64,000 nt of DNA from Eledone cirrhosa (GCA_964016885.1 OZ024760.1:18724001-18788000), one strand, 5' to 3'. Positions 26,637 to 39,793 are shown, numbered from the stretch's first letter. Translations and numbers: made by a program. Notes: generated by a model not told the origin, from the sequence alone.

Positions 26637-27461
26637 TATATAGTTATAAGGTTTGTGATTTAAAATTCAAATCCAGAGATTTGATTCTGATCTGGTTTTT
26701 TTCTATTTAATTGCTTACCTGTAGATATTGTTTCCTATACAGTAACGGTAAAATCACTTGTAATAATTCTTTACACACTTCTCACCGTGTAACACATTTC
26801 TCTTTGTGTAATATATACTTAAATTTGAGCTCGGAAGGAAATTCTCTATTCTTCTTTGAGCTAATAATACGATTATTATTATTATTATTACAGTGAACTG
26901 CGGAATACTCTTAATTCCGATTTTTGTATAATTAATGAGCTCCAAATTGTTGAGCTAATAATTCGCATGGTTGGGCTGCACTTTCTAGCATCTTTCCCAA
27001 CCATGAGAGCCGTTATTTGATTCGAATAACACGTGATTTCGCCCACTCTGGCTCACGTGTCTATTTGCAATCTCTCTAGCTATGAAGGTTAGATGTACAG
27101 ATTTCAGTCTCGCATTTTGCTGACTGTTGATCCATGTGGACTGTTATACTACACATATAGGTGGTGACACATATAGGTGGTGACACATATAGGTGGTGAC
27201 ACATATAGGTGGTGACACATATAAGTGGTGACACATATAAGTGGTGAAACGAAAAACTAGGTTCGTATCAGCAAAAAATATAGTTATAAGGTTTGTGATT
27301 TAAAATTCCAATCCAGAGATTTGATTCTGATCTGGTTTTTTTCTATTTAATTGCTTACCTGTAGATATAGTTTCCTATACAGTAACGGTAAAATCACTTG
27401 TAATAATCCTTTACACACTTCTCACCGTGTAACACATTTCTCTTTGTGTAATATATACTTA
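26637..27461 (+). mobile_element. 640-bp unit plus 185-bp direct repeat, with HHR-like motif at 27115-27276
   Basis: tagttataagg at 26641 and 27281; ttttgctga-CTGTTGA...GAAA-CGAA..TTCG-TA-tcagcaaaa; (TA)n flanks. Confidence 0.7.
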
Positions 27462-27479
27462 TATATATATATATATATT

Positions 27480-27805
27480 TATTAAAATAACAGATTAAAG
27501 TTTAAGCAAAGAATCGCTGCTTTCACCCTTAACGGATTCTTATGAAACTAACAAAGTCAATCTGTAAACGCAGAAGTGGATATTTCAAAAAACGTTGCAA
27601 CCGGAGGAAGACAGAGAGACGATGCTTTGTTTCGTGGAAACGTTCGCTGGCAAAGTACGGGAAAAAACGAATATAATACGTCATTAATAGGAGCGGGGAA
27701 AAACAATTACGCGCAAAGACAGAACCACGTTTATGGTATAAAAGAGGTCGTAGACTAATGTTCTCTTAGGTGGTTCATAGAGACGTTCTCTGGCAATGAA
27801 CGAAA
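27480..27805 (-). repeat. Dispersed ~325-bp repeat; opposite-orientation copy at 51295-51620
   Basis: Shared ccagagaacgtctctatgaaccacctaagagaac etc.; (TA)n-flanked. Confidence 0.85.
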
Positions 27806-27870
27806 AATAATAAATATATATATATATGAGGGTGTTAAAGTTTGCTTGAAGCATTGTGAAATGTGTAAGA

Positions 27871-28240
27871 ATACGTATTTAAGAAAGCCACAACAATGCA
27901 AAGGGAAATCTCGAGGTAGGAAGTGAAATATAGATAGGAAAAACAGGTGAAAGTGAAAATTGAGAGAGACAAAGATGAAAACAAAACAAAGGTAGAAGGG
28001 TTACCGTAGTAGAGATTTAATCCGCTTGGCCTGTTTCCCCCCTTTTGGAACTTTTCCCCCGTTGATGGGCGTGAGCCCGAAATATTGGGATTAAATCTCT
28101 ACTACGGTAACCCTTCTACCTTTGTTTTGTTTTCATCTTTGTCTCTCTCAATTTTCACTTTCACCTGTTTTTCCTATCTATATTTCACTTCCTACCTCGA
28201 GATTTCCCTTTGCATTGTTGTGGCTTTCTTAAATACGTAT
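27871..28240. repeat. 153-bp inverted repeat with a 64-bp loop containing a degenerate HHR-like core
   Basis: Arms 27871-28023 and 28088-28240; loop contains ttgat-gggc-gtga-gccc-GAAA-tatt. Confidence 0.8.
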
Positions 28241-28967
28241 CCATATATATATATATATCAGACTGGTCGTAGTGATCCGTATAGTTCCTTATTTGTCAGC
28301 TTCTGTTTCCAAGAAATGTTGAGAGCCCTTGTCAACATCCTCGTGTAACATCCGTCAGGTCTCTTGCGTAACACTTCGTCAATAGTCCACGTTTCACTGC
28401 CGTAAAGCAGGACGGACTCAACAGTTGCTAGGAAGAGGCGCTCCTTGATTTTCGGTGGAGAATAATCTAAATTATATCAACAATTTCTAAATTACTTGAT
28501 GGATAATAATGAAATTAAAACTTCTATCTTAATGAATTATATAGCTATTCATTAATAATTCATTTGTTAATTCGCTATGGGAATTATATCAAAAGTGGGA
28601 ACACCTTAAAACCATATCATCAACAAAGCATAGAATATTTTTAAACAATTTGCTAAATTGATAATACGGTATGGACCTCAGTCGGTATCGACGATCAGAC
28701 TTAAAGTTTCAGTTGTTCAATCAGAGTCGTAGGGGTGCCGTGGTGTGGTGTGGTCCCGTATGTCATGATAGAGTCGTAGGGTTGCCGTGGCGTGGTATGG
28801 TCCCGTATGTCATGATAGAGTCGTAGGGCATTTCTTGGGCATTTCTTGGGCATTTTTTAAAACTTGGCAGACGTCATCTCCTCTCTAGGTCTGAATACTA
28901 CAGATTTCTTCCAGAGAAAGATAGAGAGTGAGAGAATGGAAATGGTAAAGAGATATAGAGGAAGAAT

Positions 28968-29665
28968 CAACCCCAGTATTAGACTGGTACTTTTTTTATC
29001 GACCTCGAAAGGAAGAAAGGTAAAGTTGACCTCGGAAGGAATAACATAAAGCATTCTATCTGACGTTCTAACGACTCTGTCACTCTATCTGACGTTCTAA
29101 CAACTGCCATTCTATCTGATGTTTTAACGACTGTCATTCTATCTGACGTTTTAACGACTGTCATTCTATCTGACGTTCTAACGACTGCCATTCTATCTGA
29201 CGTTTTAACGACTGTCATTCTATCTGACGTTCTAACGACTGCCATTCTATCTGACGTTCTAACGACTGTTATTCTATCTGACGTTCTAACGACTGCCATT
29301 CTATCTGACGTTCTAACGACTGTTATTTTATCTGACGTTCTAACGACTGACATTCTATCTGACGTTCTAACGACTGCCATTCTATCTGACGTTCTAACGA
29401 CTGTCATTTTATCTGACGTTTTAACGACTGTCATTCTATCTGACGTTCTAACGACTGTTATTCTATCTGACGTTCTAACGACTGCCATTCTATCTGACGT
29501 TCTAACGACTGTCATTTTATCTGACGTTCTAACGACTGACATTCTATCTGACGTTCTAACGACTGCCATTCTATCTGACGTTCTAACGACTGTCATTCTA
29601 TCTGACGTTCTAACGACTGCCAGCCATTCTCTCCGACGCTCTAGCGACTCTGTCAATTTGCCGTC
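28968..29665 (-). mobile_element. SINE containing a 27-bp minisatellite array (29053-29655)
   Basis: Paralog of 22820-23598. Confidence 0.85.
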
Positions 29666-30521
29666 TAAATATAGCTATATTTCATCGTAAAAAAAAATCT
29701 ATTCAGTTATCTGCTCTTGCCAGACAAATACGTTACACTAACTTTTATGTTAAAGTTTCTATTTAACTGTCTACAGATGACGTTATTAAAAGTTAATAAA
29801 CAAGATAAACTGTGTGAGTGGTTGAGTATGTGTGCTTGTGTGTAACGTCCGAACGAGTCACCCCACGTCCAACAAACCTACCCTCCGCCTCTTGGTTTCA
29901 TGTCACACACGCCATACTGGCAATTATTGCTTTTGGGTTATCATTTCCTTTGCATATAATGATAGTAATATATTTATCTTAATATCCCCAGACAATTACA
30001 AATCTATCTTTTCACATGAATTCTTATGAATCACTTTAAACAATACAGTGTTAGATATTAAATGAAATTACAGCCGATATCGTTTTGTTCATTCAGTAAT
30101 AATTATGAATCAAATATGTCATGTATTGATTACTTTATTGAACTGTATTGAAGTTTTAACAGACATTATAAATGGAAATATTTGTGGAACAATCGAATCC
30201 AAATAGGAATATTATATAACACAACGAAGCAGTCTCAACGTAGTCAGGCATATTAGAATCTTAGAGACAAACGAGGCAGTCTCCATGTATTTAGGTATAT
30301 TATAATGTTATAGAGGCCAACGAGGGAATCTCAGACCTGCCAACCTCTAAAAAACATAACGGGGAGTAACATGAAAAAAAGTGCACCAAAACGGGGAAAA
30401 ATGAAGCAAAATAGGGAGATTTTACATTCTGAAAGCTATACCTATTTTCACAAGAGAAGACATCTCTCCCCCCTCTCTCTCTCTCCCCCTCTCTCTCTCT
30501 CACACACACACACATATATAT

Positions 30522-30830
30522 ATAATATGGAAAACGAAGAATCAGTGATGCATCGGAACACAATTTATTACGTAATACAATTGTTTCTCCGACGAACAGC
30601 TCGAAGTGAGATCTGTTTGTGGATCGAGGAACTTGCGAATCCAGAGTCAGGTTCGATCCACAAACAGATCGCACCTCGAGCTGTTCGTCGGAGAAACAAT
30701 TGTATTACGTAATAAATTGTGTTCCGATGCATCACTGATTCTTCGTTTTCCATATTATCATACTCCACTCCGAAGGAACATAGAGTGCTCAACTGGCTTA
30801 CCGCCTATGGATGCATCTTGCAATCTTACT
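30522..30830 (+). mobile_element. Family P2 fold-back end (palindrome 30522-30758) with HHR 3' half GAAA-CAATTG-TA
   Basis: Arms of about 105 bp; TA/CA flanks. Confidence 0.65.
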
Positions 30831-31070
30831 ACACACACACATATATATATATATATGAAGGAACTATCGACTTTCGTCAAATCGGACCGAAGAAACAATG
30901 TTTCCGTTGGTCTTTCCAGTTGCTAATACTATCTATCGGTCGCAACTCCAGGTAGAAGGAGCAACGTGAAATAAAGTGTCTTGCTCAAGGACATAACGCA
31001 TCGCCCGGTCTGGGAATCGAACTCACTAACCACTCACCCACACGCCTTCATATATATATAAATATATATT

Positions 31071-31147
<77 letters not shown>

Positions 31148-31629
31148 TCAAATAAGCACATATAGATATTAATAAATTTAGAAACTTTTTAACTGGCATT
31201 TTGTTTGCAAATTAATTTGAAAACTAATTAAACACACCAGAAACAGGTAAATTACAACCGTTATTTATATACAGTCTCATCGCATATAGCCTTTTTAATT
31301 AGCTGTACACACACACACAGATATACAGAGGCGGTTTAAAAATCTATAACATTCTGTAGAATATCATACCTTTAAAAAAAAACGAACACTATGAACGGCT
31401 TCGCAATTCATTCATTCTTTTATAAGAGGCTGACTATGAAGGAGTGATGCTAGATCTGTGAAATCAGTAATGAATAAGACCCCTCCCTCCATGAAAAGGG
31501 GGTACGCTTAACGAGTTTCAAATAAAGTTCCTCTTAACATCCAATAAATAATACATTTGACATTAATCTTAACATATTTGGTCAAACATGAAAAGGACAG
31601 GTAGGGAAGGGGTGAAATTCTATTATGTC

Positions 31630-32170
31630 TCAGGACGTAAAGGGCCATAACTCTATGCTTCAAAGCATGGCTATAATAATGACAAACGACATGAAACAGT
31701 AAACATTATGGTGGATTGGCAGTATTGGTAGAGGGTCGGACGCCATGCTTTGCTGCAAAGAGTTACGGCCCTTTATGGTCTGAGTTGAAATCCCGCCGAG
31801 GTTAACTTTGCCTTTCATCCTTACGGGGTCAATAACATAAAGTACCAGTAATACACTGGGGTTATTGCTGGCCTTGTGCCAAAATGAGAAACAATTATTT
31901 ATTAATATAACAAAACACACCACTGTTCACTTTAAGGTAACCTCGGCGGGAATTGGACTCATCACGTAAAGGGAGGAAACTCTACGACGCTCTATTGCCA
32001 ATCCAATAATAACTTCTACTTTAGGCACAAGGCCAGAAATTTGGGGGGAGGGGGAAAATTGATTAACTCGACCCAGTGTATTACTGGTACTTTATTTTAT
32101 CGACACCCGTAAGGAAGAAAGGCAAAGTTAACCTCTGCGGGATTTAAAGAATGTAAAGGACCGTAACTCC
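31630..32170. mobile_element. SINE copies (31708-31898 on +; fragments on -)
   Basis: Same SINE core as elsewhere. Confidence 0.85.
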
Positions 32171-32192
32171 ACACCGTCACTACCATACACCA

Positions 32193-32225
<33 letters not shown>

Positions 32226-33317
32226 CACACACCACACCACACCAACCACCACTATCACACACCACACTACACTAAACCTCACTACCGTTCACCAATTACG
32301 TCATCACAGCATCCATTATGTACAACGCATAAAATAAAAATAAAAAGCAAACAAGCAGACCCAGCAATGAGCCAATCCTTTTCAAATGGACTTCTCTTTA
32401 ATAGATATCATTTTCTCCTTTTATTTATACAAGTTGCTTCTTGTATTATTTTGTTAGTTCGTCCATTTGTTTCTTGTTTTCATTTTTGCTTTTATCATAA
32501 ACGAAGGTAAGAGAGTGATGTTTCGTTGGGAAGACGATACGATTGTCATCTACTTCGTGAGTGTTACAGTGAAATAAAGTGTGTAGCACTTTTGATCTTC
32601 CCTCAGCATGCAATCTTTAATAGCAGCGGCCATTTCGTGTTCAGAATATATCTAAATTGTATCGTTGGCCTCGCGTAATAAAGTTTTACAGAAAATCCAC
32701 GTTTGAATAACAGCTCTTAGGCTCACACATAGATTACCATACCCAGAAACATATACAGAGATACATACACTCATAGTTATGTACATACGTACACACATGC
32801 ATACATACAAACATACATACATATATGCATACATACATACATATATGCATTCATACACACATAGTTATGTACATACATACACACATGCATACATACAAAC
32901 ATACATACATACATTCATATATGCATGCATACATATATACATACATGGACTATAAATGGCTGCGACATCTGGCACATTCAAAATTTGTATAACATTCTTG
33001 CCATTCAAAGGATGGTAATTTCTTTTCTTTTACAACCTTGCCCCCAGGAAGGTGGCCGGTCAAAAATGTACTTGAAATTAAGAGAAAGAGAAACATGCAT
33101 ACATGCATACATACATACACGCATACATACATGATAGCTGCGCCCTCGTTATCGAGTATGGCCATTGCCCGATATAACATTCCCAAAACTACGTCCCAAA
33201 CCTTGAAAATTCTCGAGCATTTCATGTCTTACTTAAATAAAACTTTATATGAATCTCTTTAATAAATCAAATAAAATTTACAGAAAAAAAGAATTAAATA
33301 TTTTCCAATATTAAACT

Positions 33318-33712
33318 AACTAGCAGAAAAGCAACCCTTTGGGTGGTTTTCTGCTAGCATGTGTAGTGTGTATATTAATATTATACGTAATATAAACGTT
33401 ATGATATAACGATGCAAATATATGAACATTTATATAGCATCCATTATTCCATAACCGGAAATATTGACATTTGAAAATGTTTAAAGAAGTGAATCTTAAA
33501 ATAAGCAATGATTATATATAAGAATATTTATGTTTAATCAACAGCTATGAAATTTAGTAGATAAATTATGTAATAGTCATTCATTATTTATTCAAAGTAA
33601 TCCAACTTATTTTACTAACGGGATACAAATATATTCAGGACACAGTCCCACACTCCTCCCCTTTGTTATATTATGATTATGTTATAGAAATACCAATATG
33701 TTAATGAACTTA
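33318..33712 (-). mobile_element. Helitron-like non-autonomous element end; second copy at 52851-53485
   Basis: Terminal hairpin ctagcagaaaa-gcaaccctttgggtgg-ttttctgctag ends in CTAG-T on the minus strand; internal homology between the copies. Confidence 0.5.
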
Positions 33713-33984
33713 AATCATCAATAATGAAATGTTTCGGATATATTCGAAATACAAATATATCTAAGAAATATTTGACGATCCGTTTCAGTTGTATAGAATA
33801 CCCAAGAGATATTATTTAGGAGAAAATTACATCTGCTCATTTAATCATATTTAAACATTAAAAATAACAACTATATCTGTATTACTAAATTAATTAGGAT
33901 TTATATATGTCAAATTCTTTCCATCTTAAGGGGTATTCTACCTGAATTATTTAAATATTATCACTAAAGAAAAACAAACTCACT

Positions 33985-34390
33985 ATGAAAACATAACTCA
34001 CTTGGTTCGATCTGATAGTTGACAGACAGTATCAGCAATGGAACGACCAATGAAAAGATAGCTTTCTTGGTTTGATCTGATGACCGACAGACAATATCAG
34101 TGACGGAAAGACCAATGAAAACAGCTTTCTTGGTTCAATCTAATGGTTGGACAGATAGTATCAGCAATGGAAAGACCAATGAAAACACGGCTTTCTTGGT
34201 TCAATCTAATAGTTGACAGACAGTATCAGTAATGGAAGACCAATAAAAACATAGCTTTCTTGGTTCAACCTCATGACCGACAGACAGTATCAGTAATGGA
34301 ACGACCAACGGAAACACAGCTTTCTTGGTATGACCCGATAGTCAACAGACAACATCAGTAATGAAACGACCAATGGAAATATAGTTTCAA
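33985..34390. repeat. Diverged ~65-bp tandem repeat, about 6 copies
   Basis: cttggt at 34001, 34066, 34129, 34195, 34259 and 34324. Confidence 0.85.
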
Positions 34391-34860
34391 TCGACTCGTT
34401 TGTTTCATTTTATTTCTCTCGTCTGCTATCTCTCTAGCTTTTTATAACCACAAATGGTTAAATCGCCATCAATTGAGTCTTTTTTAATGAAAGGTTAAGG
34501 CATTATTATTTTCAGTAATTATGATATGACGTCACGACCTATTGCAACAGGGACATTTCAATAATCAATAGCGTGTGTTTTTTTAATTTTCAATTTTGAT
34601 ACGGAATTTTACCTTCGATCTGTCACTTCCCTTTCAGAATTTAAAAAATGGCCAATAAAATATTTTTAATCGAATTTTTATCTTCACTTTTTTCCTAAAA
34701 TTATTAAGAAAATTTAACCTGAATTTCTGAATTTGCATAGTTAACCATTAAAGCTGCTGCTGCTGCTGCTCTTTCTTCTTCTTCTTCTTCTTCTTCTTCT
34801 TCTTCTTCTTCTTCTTCTTGGGAGGGTCGTGGGGGCAGAGTCCTCCTCTAACACTCCTTC

Positions 34861-36696
34861 CAGCCCACCTGATGATGAGCCATATCCCCTGCGGCCCTCC
34901 TGATGATGAGTCATATCTCATGCGGCCCACCTGATGATGAGCCATATCTCATGCGGCCCACCTGATGATGAGCCATATCTCATGTGGCCCACCTGATGAT
35001 GAGTCATATCTCATGCGGCCCACCTGATGATGAGTCATATCTCCTGCGGCCCACCTGATGATGAGTCATATCTCATGCGGCCCACCTAATGATGAGCCAT
35101 ATCTCCTGCGGCCCACCTGATGATGAGCCATATCTCATGTGGCCCACCTGATGATGAGCCATATCTCCTGCGGCCCACCTGATGATGAGTCATATCTCAT
35201 GCGGCCCACCTGATGATGAGTCATATCTCCTGCGGCCCACCTGATGATGAGTCATATCTCATGCGGCCCACCTGATGATGAGCCATATCTCATGTGGCCC
35301 ACCTGATGATGAGCCATATCTCATGTGGCCCACCTGATGATGAGCCATATCTCATGTGGCCCACCTGATGATGAGCCATATCTCATGTGGCCCACCTGAT
35401 GATGAGTCATATCTCATGCGGCCCACCTGATGATGAGTCATATCTCCTGCGGCCCACCTGATGATGAGCCATATCTCATGCGGCCCACCTGATGATGAGT
35501 CATATCTCATGCGGCCCACCCGATGATGAGCCATATCTCCTGCGGCCCACCTGATGATGAGTCATATCTCATGCGGCCCACCTGATGATGAGCCATATCT
35601 CCTGCGGCCCACCTGATGATGAGCCATATCTCATGCGGCCCACCTGATGATGAGCCATATCTCCTGCGGCCCACCTGATGATGAGTCATATCTCCTGCGG
35701 CCCACCTGATGATGAGTCATATCTCCTGCGGCCCACCTGATGATGAGCCATATCTCCTGCGGCCCACCTGATGATGAGTCATATCTCATGCGGCCCACCT
35801 AATGATGAGCCATATCTCCTGCGGCCCACCTGATGATGAGCCATATCTCATGTGGCCCACCTGATGATGAGTCATATCTCATGTGGCCCACCTAATGATG
35901 AGCCATATCTCCTGCGGCCCACCTGATGATGAGTCATATCTCATGCGGCCCACCTAATGATGAGCCATATCTCATGCGGCCCACCTGATGATGAGTCATA
36001 TCTCATGCGGCCCACCTGATGATGAGCCATATCTCCTGCGGCCCACCTGATGATGAGTCATATCTCATGCGGCCCACCTAATGATGAGCCATATCTCATG
36101 CGGCCCACCTGATGATGAGCCATATCTCCTGCGGCCCACCTGATGATGAGTCATATCTCATGTGGCCCACCTAATGATGAGCCATATCTCATGCGGCCCA
36201 CCTGATGATGAGTCATATCTCCTGCGGCCCACCTGATGATGAGTCATATCTCATGCGGCCCACCTAATGATGAGCCATATCTCATGTGGCCCACCTGATG
36301 ATGAGCCATATCTCATGCGGCCCACCTGATGATGAGTCATATCTCCTGCGGCCCACCTGATGATGAGTCATATCTCCTGCGGCCCACCTGATGATGAGTC
36401 ATATCTCCTGCGGCCCACCTGATGATGAACCATATCTCATGCGGCCCACCTGATGATGAGCCATATCTCCTGCGGCCCACCTGATGATGAGTCATATCTC
36501 ATGCGGCCCACCTAATGATGAACCATATCTCATGCGGCCCACCTGATGATGAGCCATATCTCCTGCGGCCCACCTGATGATGAGTCATATCTCCTGCGGC
36601 CCACCTGATGATGAACCATATCTCATGCGGCCCACCTGATGATGAGCCATATCTCCTGCGGCCCGCCTGATGATGAGCCATATCTCATGCGGCCCC
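34861..36696. repeat. 31-bp minisatellite (GCGGCCCACCTGATGATGAGYCATATCTCMT), about 59 units
   Basis: Direct tandem units, followed by a hAT-like terminus aaaagggttgcccatgcctg (to 36723). Confidence 0.95.
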
Positions 36697-36781
36697 CTTC
36701 TCGAAAAGGGTTGCCCATGCCTGATGTAAATCAATCAATCAATCAAAATGTTTAGAAGTAGGTGAACATTATTAACACAGC

Positions 36782-36970
36782 GGCGGTGGATTGGCAGTAT
36801 TGGTAGAGAGTTGGACACCATGCTTTCAGCATAGAGTTACGACCCTTTACGGACTGAGTTCAAATCCCGCCGAGGTTAACTTTGCCTTTCATCCTTACGG
36901 GGTCGATAAATAAAGTACCAGTAATGTACTGGGTAATTGCTGGCCTTGTGCCCAAAAGTAGAAACAATTA
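36782..36970 (+). mobile_element. Full-length tRNA-derived SINE (representative copy)
   Basis: A-box-like tggcagtattgg, B-box gagttcaaatccc, central gcctttcatccttacggggtcgataaa domain, tail gtagaaacaatta. Confidence 0.9.
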
Positions 36971-37146
36971 ACCCAGTGGGCCCTGCTGTATTTCGTTTGA
37001 GTGATAAATTGGTAAAATACAGTTGACATTTTTCATTTGGTGAACATTAACAAAAAATAGGTTAGGCTATCAGAAACATTTTCACCATTAATAACATTAA
37101 ACGTTTCTACTTTAGGCACAAGGCCAGCAATTACCCAGTGCATTAG

Positions 37147-37316
37147 CGCACCAAAGTACTCAATACTTAGGGTAGTAGAGTGGGTAATAGGAACGAGTAG
37201 GACCCCGACGGCTGAGCTCAAGCCGTTTCGACGGCTAATTCTGGACTAAAAAATCTTTAGTCCAGAATTAGCCGTCGAAACGGCTTGAGCTCAGCCGTCG
37301 GGGTCCTACTCGTTCC

Positions 37317-37319
<3 letters not shown>
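37147..37319. mobile_element. Family P1 fold-back end (palindrome 37187-37319)
   Basis: Homologous to 88-245. Confidence 0.65.
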
Positions 37320-37348
<29 letters not shown>

Positions 37349-37458
37349 GATATTAAGTTGGACAACCTGAGCCAATACTGGCCGAAACCTATAAAAAATA
37401 TATATATATATATATATGAGTGTGTGTGTGTGTGTATATGTGAGTGTATGTGTATGCG

Positions 37459-37489
<31 letters not shown>

Positions 37490-37504
37490 GCATATATATA
37501 ATAT

Positions 37505-37566
<62 letters not shown>

Positions 37567-37573
<7 letters not shown>

Positions 37574-39793
37574 AAGGTTTAGTAAATAATGAAAAAGTTT
37601 CAAAATAAATTTTAAAAAATTGACTTTACCTACTATAGTTACCTTTACCGATCGGTTTCGAATCCCAAAAATAAAACGTAGGCCATACGGCCTTCGTTGC
37701 AAAGAGAGATTCTCGTCAGAAGGTTCTTTTCATTCAAAGAATATAAAATTCCTGAATTTAAATCACAAACTAGCGCTATCAAAGACTGTTCCTGGGATGA
37801 GAGTGGATGATGTAGAACAGGTTTATCAAGGGCCGTAGTAAAGATAGAGGCAAAAGGAGGTAGGTCGAACTAGCCACCGCTGTTATCAGCAGCAGTCGGA
37901 ATGACCCGGTTTGTTCTCAACGTATGTGGAGGTAGTAGTAATATGAAATACGTCCTTTCACGCACAAGGCGCCAAGGTACGCATGTATTGTCCAACCAAG
38001 TGCCAGTGTGGTTCAATGGCGGGTTAATAAATTAACGAGCCAGAACACAGGAATTTTATATTCTTTGAATGAAAAGAACCTTCTGACGAGAATCTCTCTT
38101 TGCAACGAAGGCCGTATGGCCTACGTTTTATTTTTGGGATTCGAAACCGATCGGTAAAGGTAACTATAGTAGGTAAAGTCAATTTTTTAAAATTTATTTT
38201 GAAACTTTTTCATTATTTACTAAACCTTGTTTATATTTGTTCTGGCTCGTTAATTTATTAACCCGCCATTGAACCACACTGGCACTTGGTTGGACAATAC
38301 ATGCGTACCTTGGCGCCTTGTGCGTGAAAGGACGTATTTCATATTACTACTACCTCCACATACGTTGAGAACAAACCGGGTCATTCCGACTGCTGCTGAT
38401 AACAGCGGTGGCTAGTTCGACCTACCTCCTTTTGCCTCTATCTTTACTACGGCCCTTGATAAACCTGTTCTACATCATCCACTCTCATCCCAGGAACAGT
38501 CTTTGATAGCGCTAGTTTGTGATTTAAATTCAGGAATTTTATATTCTTTGAATGAAAAGAACCTTCTGACGAGAATCTCTCTTTGCAACGAAGGCCGTAT
38601 GGCCTACGTTTTATTTTTGGGATTCGAAACCGATCGGTAAAGGTAACTATAGTAGGTAAAGTCAATTTTTTAAAATTTATTTTGAAACTTTTTCATTATT
38701 TACTAAACCTTGTTTATATTTGTTCTGGCTCGTTAATTTATTAACCCGCCATTGAACCACACTGGCACTTGGTTGGACAATACATGCGTACCTTGGCGCC
38801 TTGTGCGTGAAAGGACGTATTTCATATTACTACTACCTCCACATACGTTGAGAACAAACCGGGTCATTCCGACTGCTGCTGATAACAGCGGTGGCTAGTT
38901 CGACCTACCTCCTTTTGCCTCTATCTTTACTACGGCCCTTGATAAACCTGTTCTACATCATCCACTCTCATCCCAGGAACAGTCTTTGATAGCGCTAGTT
39001 TGTGATTTAAATTCAGGAATTTTATATTCTTTGAATGAAAAGAACCTTCTGACGAGAATCTCTCTTTGCAACGAAGGCCGTATGGCCTACGTTTTATTTT
39101 TGGGATTCGAAACCGATCGGTAAAGGTAACTATAGTAGGTAAAGTCAATTTTTTAAAATTTATTTTGAAACTTTTTCATTATTTACTAAACCTTGTTTAT
39201 ATTTGTTCTGGCTCGTTAATTTATTAACCCGCCATTGAACCACACTGGCACTTGGTTGGACAATACATGCGTACCTTGGCGCCTTGTGCGTGAAAGGACG
39301 TATTTCATATTACTACTACCTCCACATACGTTGAGAACAAACCGGGTCATTCCGACTGCTGCTGATAACAGCGGTGGCTAGTTCGACCTACCTCCTTTTG
39401 CCTCTATCTTTACTACGGCCCTTGATAAACCTGTTCTACATCATCCACTCTCATCCCAGGAACAGTCTTTGATAGCGCTAGTTTGTGATTTAAATTCAGG
39501 AATTTTATATTCTTTGAATGAAAAGAACCTTCTGACGAGAATCTCTCTTTGCAACGAAGGCCGTATGGCCTACGTTTTATTTTTGGGATTCGAAACCGAT
39601 CGGTAAAGGTAACTATAGTAGGTAAAGTCAATTTTTTAAAATTTATTTTGAAACTTTTTCATTATTTACTAAACCTTGTTTATATTTGTTCTGGCTCGTT
39701 AATTTATTAACCCGCCATTGAACCACACTGGCACTTGGTTGGACAATACATGCGTACCTTGGCGCCTTGTGCGTGAAAGGACGTATTTCATAT
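37567..39793 (+). mobile_element. Retrozyme-like array: 483-bp units (3.6 head-to-tail copies at 38048-39793, one inverted copy at 37567-38047)
   Basis: caggaatttt at 38048, 38531, 39014 and 39497; one HHR per unit; (TA)n on both sides. Confidence 0.85.
38078..38161 (+). ncRNA. Type-I hammerhead ribozyme (also 38561-38644, 39044-39127, 39527-39610 on +; 37641-37724 on -)
   Basis: acctt-CTGACGA-gaatctc...gggattc-GAAA-CCGATCGG-TA-aaggt; predicted cleavage after A38156. Confidence 0.88.

Noticed and set aside
34861-36696. CRISPR array or C/D-box snoRNA cluster
   Set aside because: Units are contiguous with no unique spacers; TGATGA has no proper box C/D layout; no cas genes. The same lack of spacers rules out CRISPR for the 27- and 123-bp arrays.
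36782-36880. Genuine tRNA gene
   Set aside because: The A/B-box-like head continues into a multi-copy SINE body; no cloverleaf.
37620-39631. 72-aa ORF repeated in the 483-bp unit, or an rDNA/mitochondrial fragment
   Set aside because: TTG start, antisense to the ribozyme, no recognisable motif; only a few bases (gtaactat) resemble LSU rRNA.
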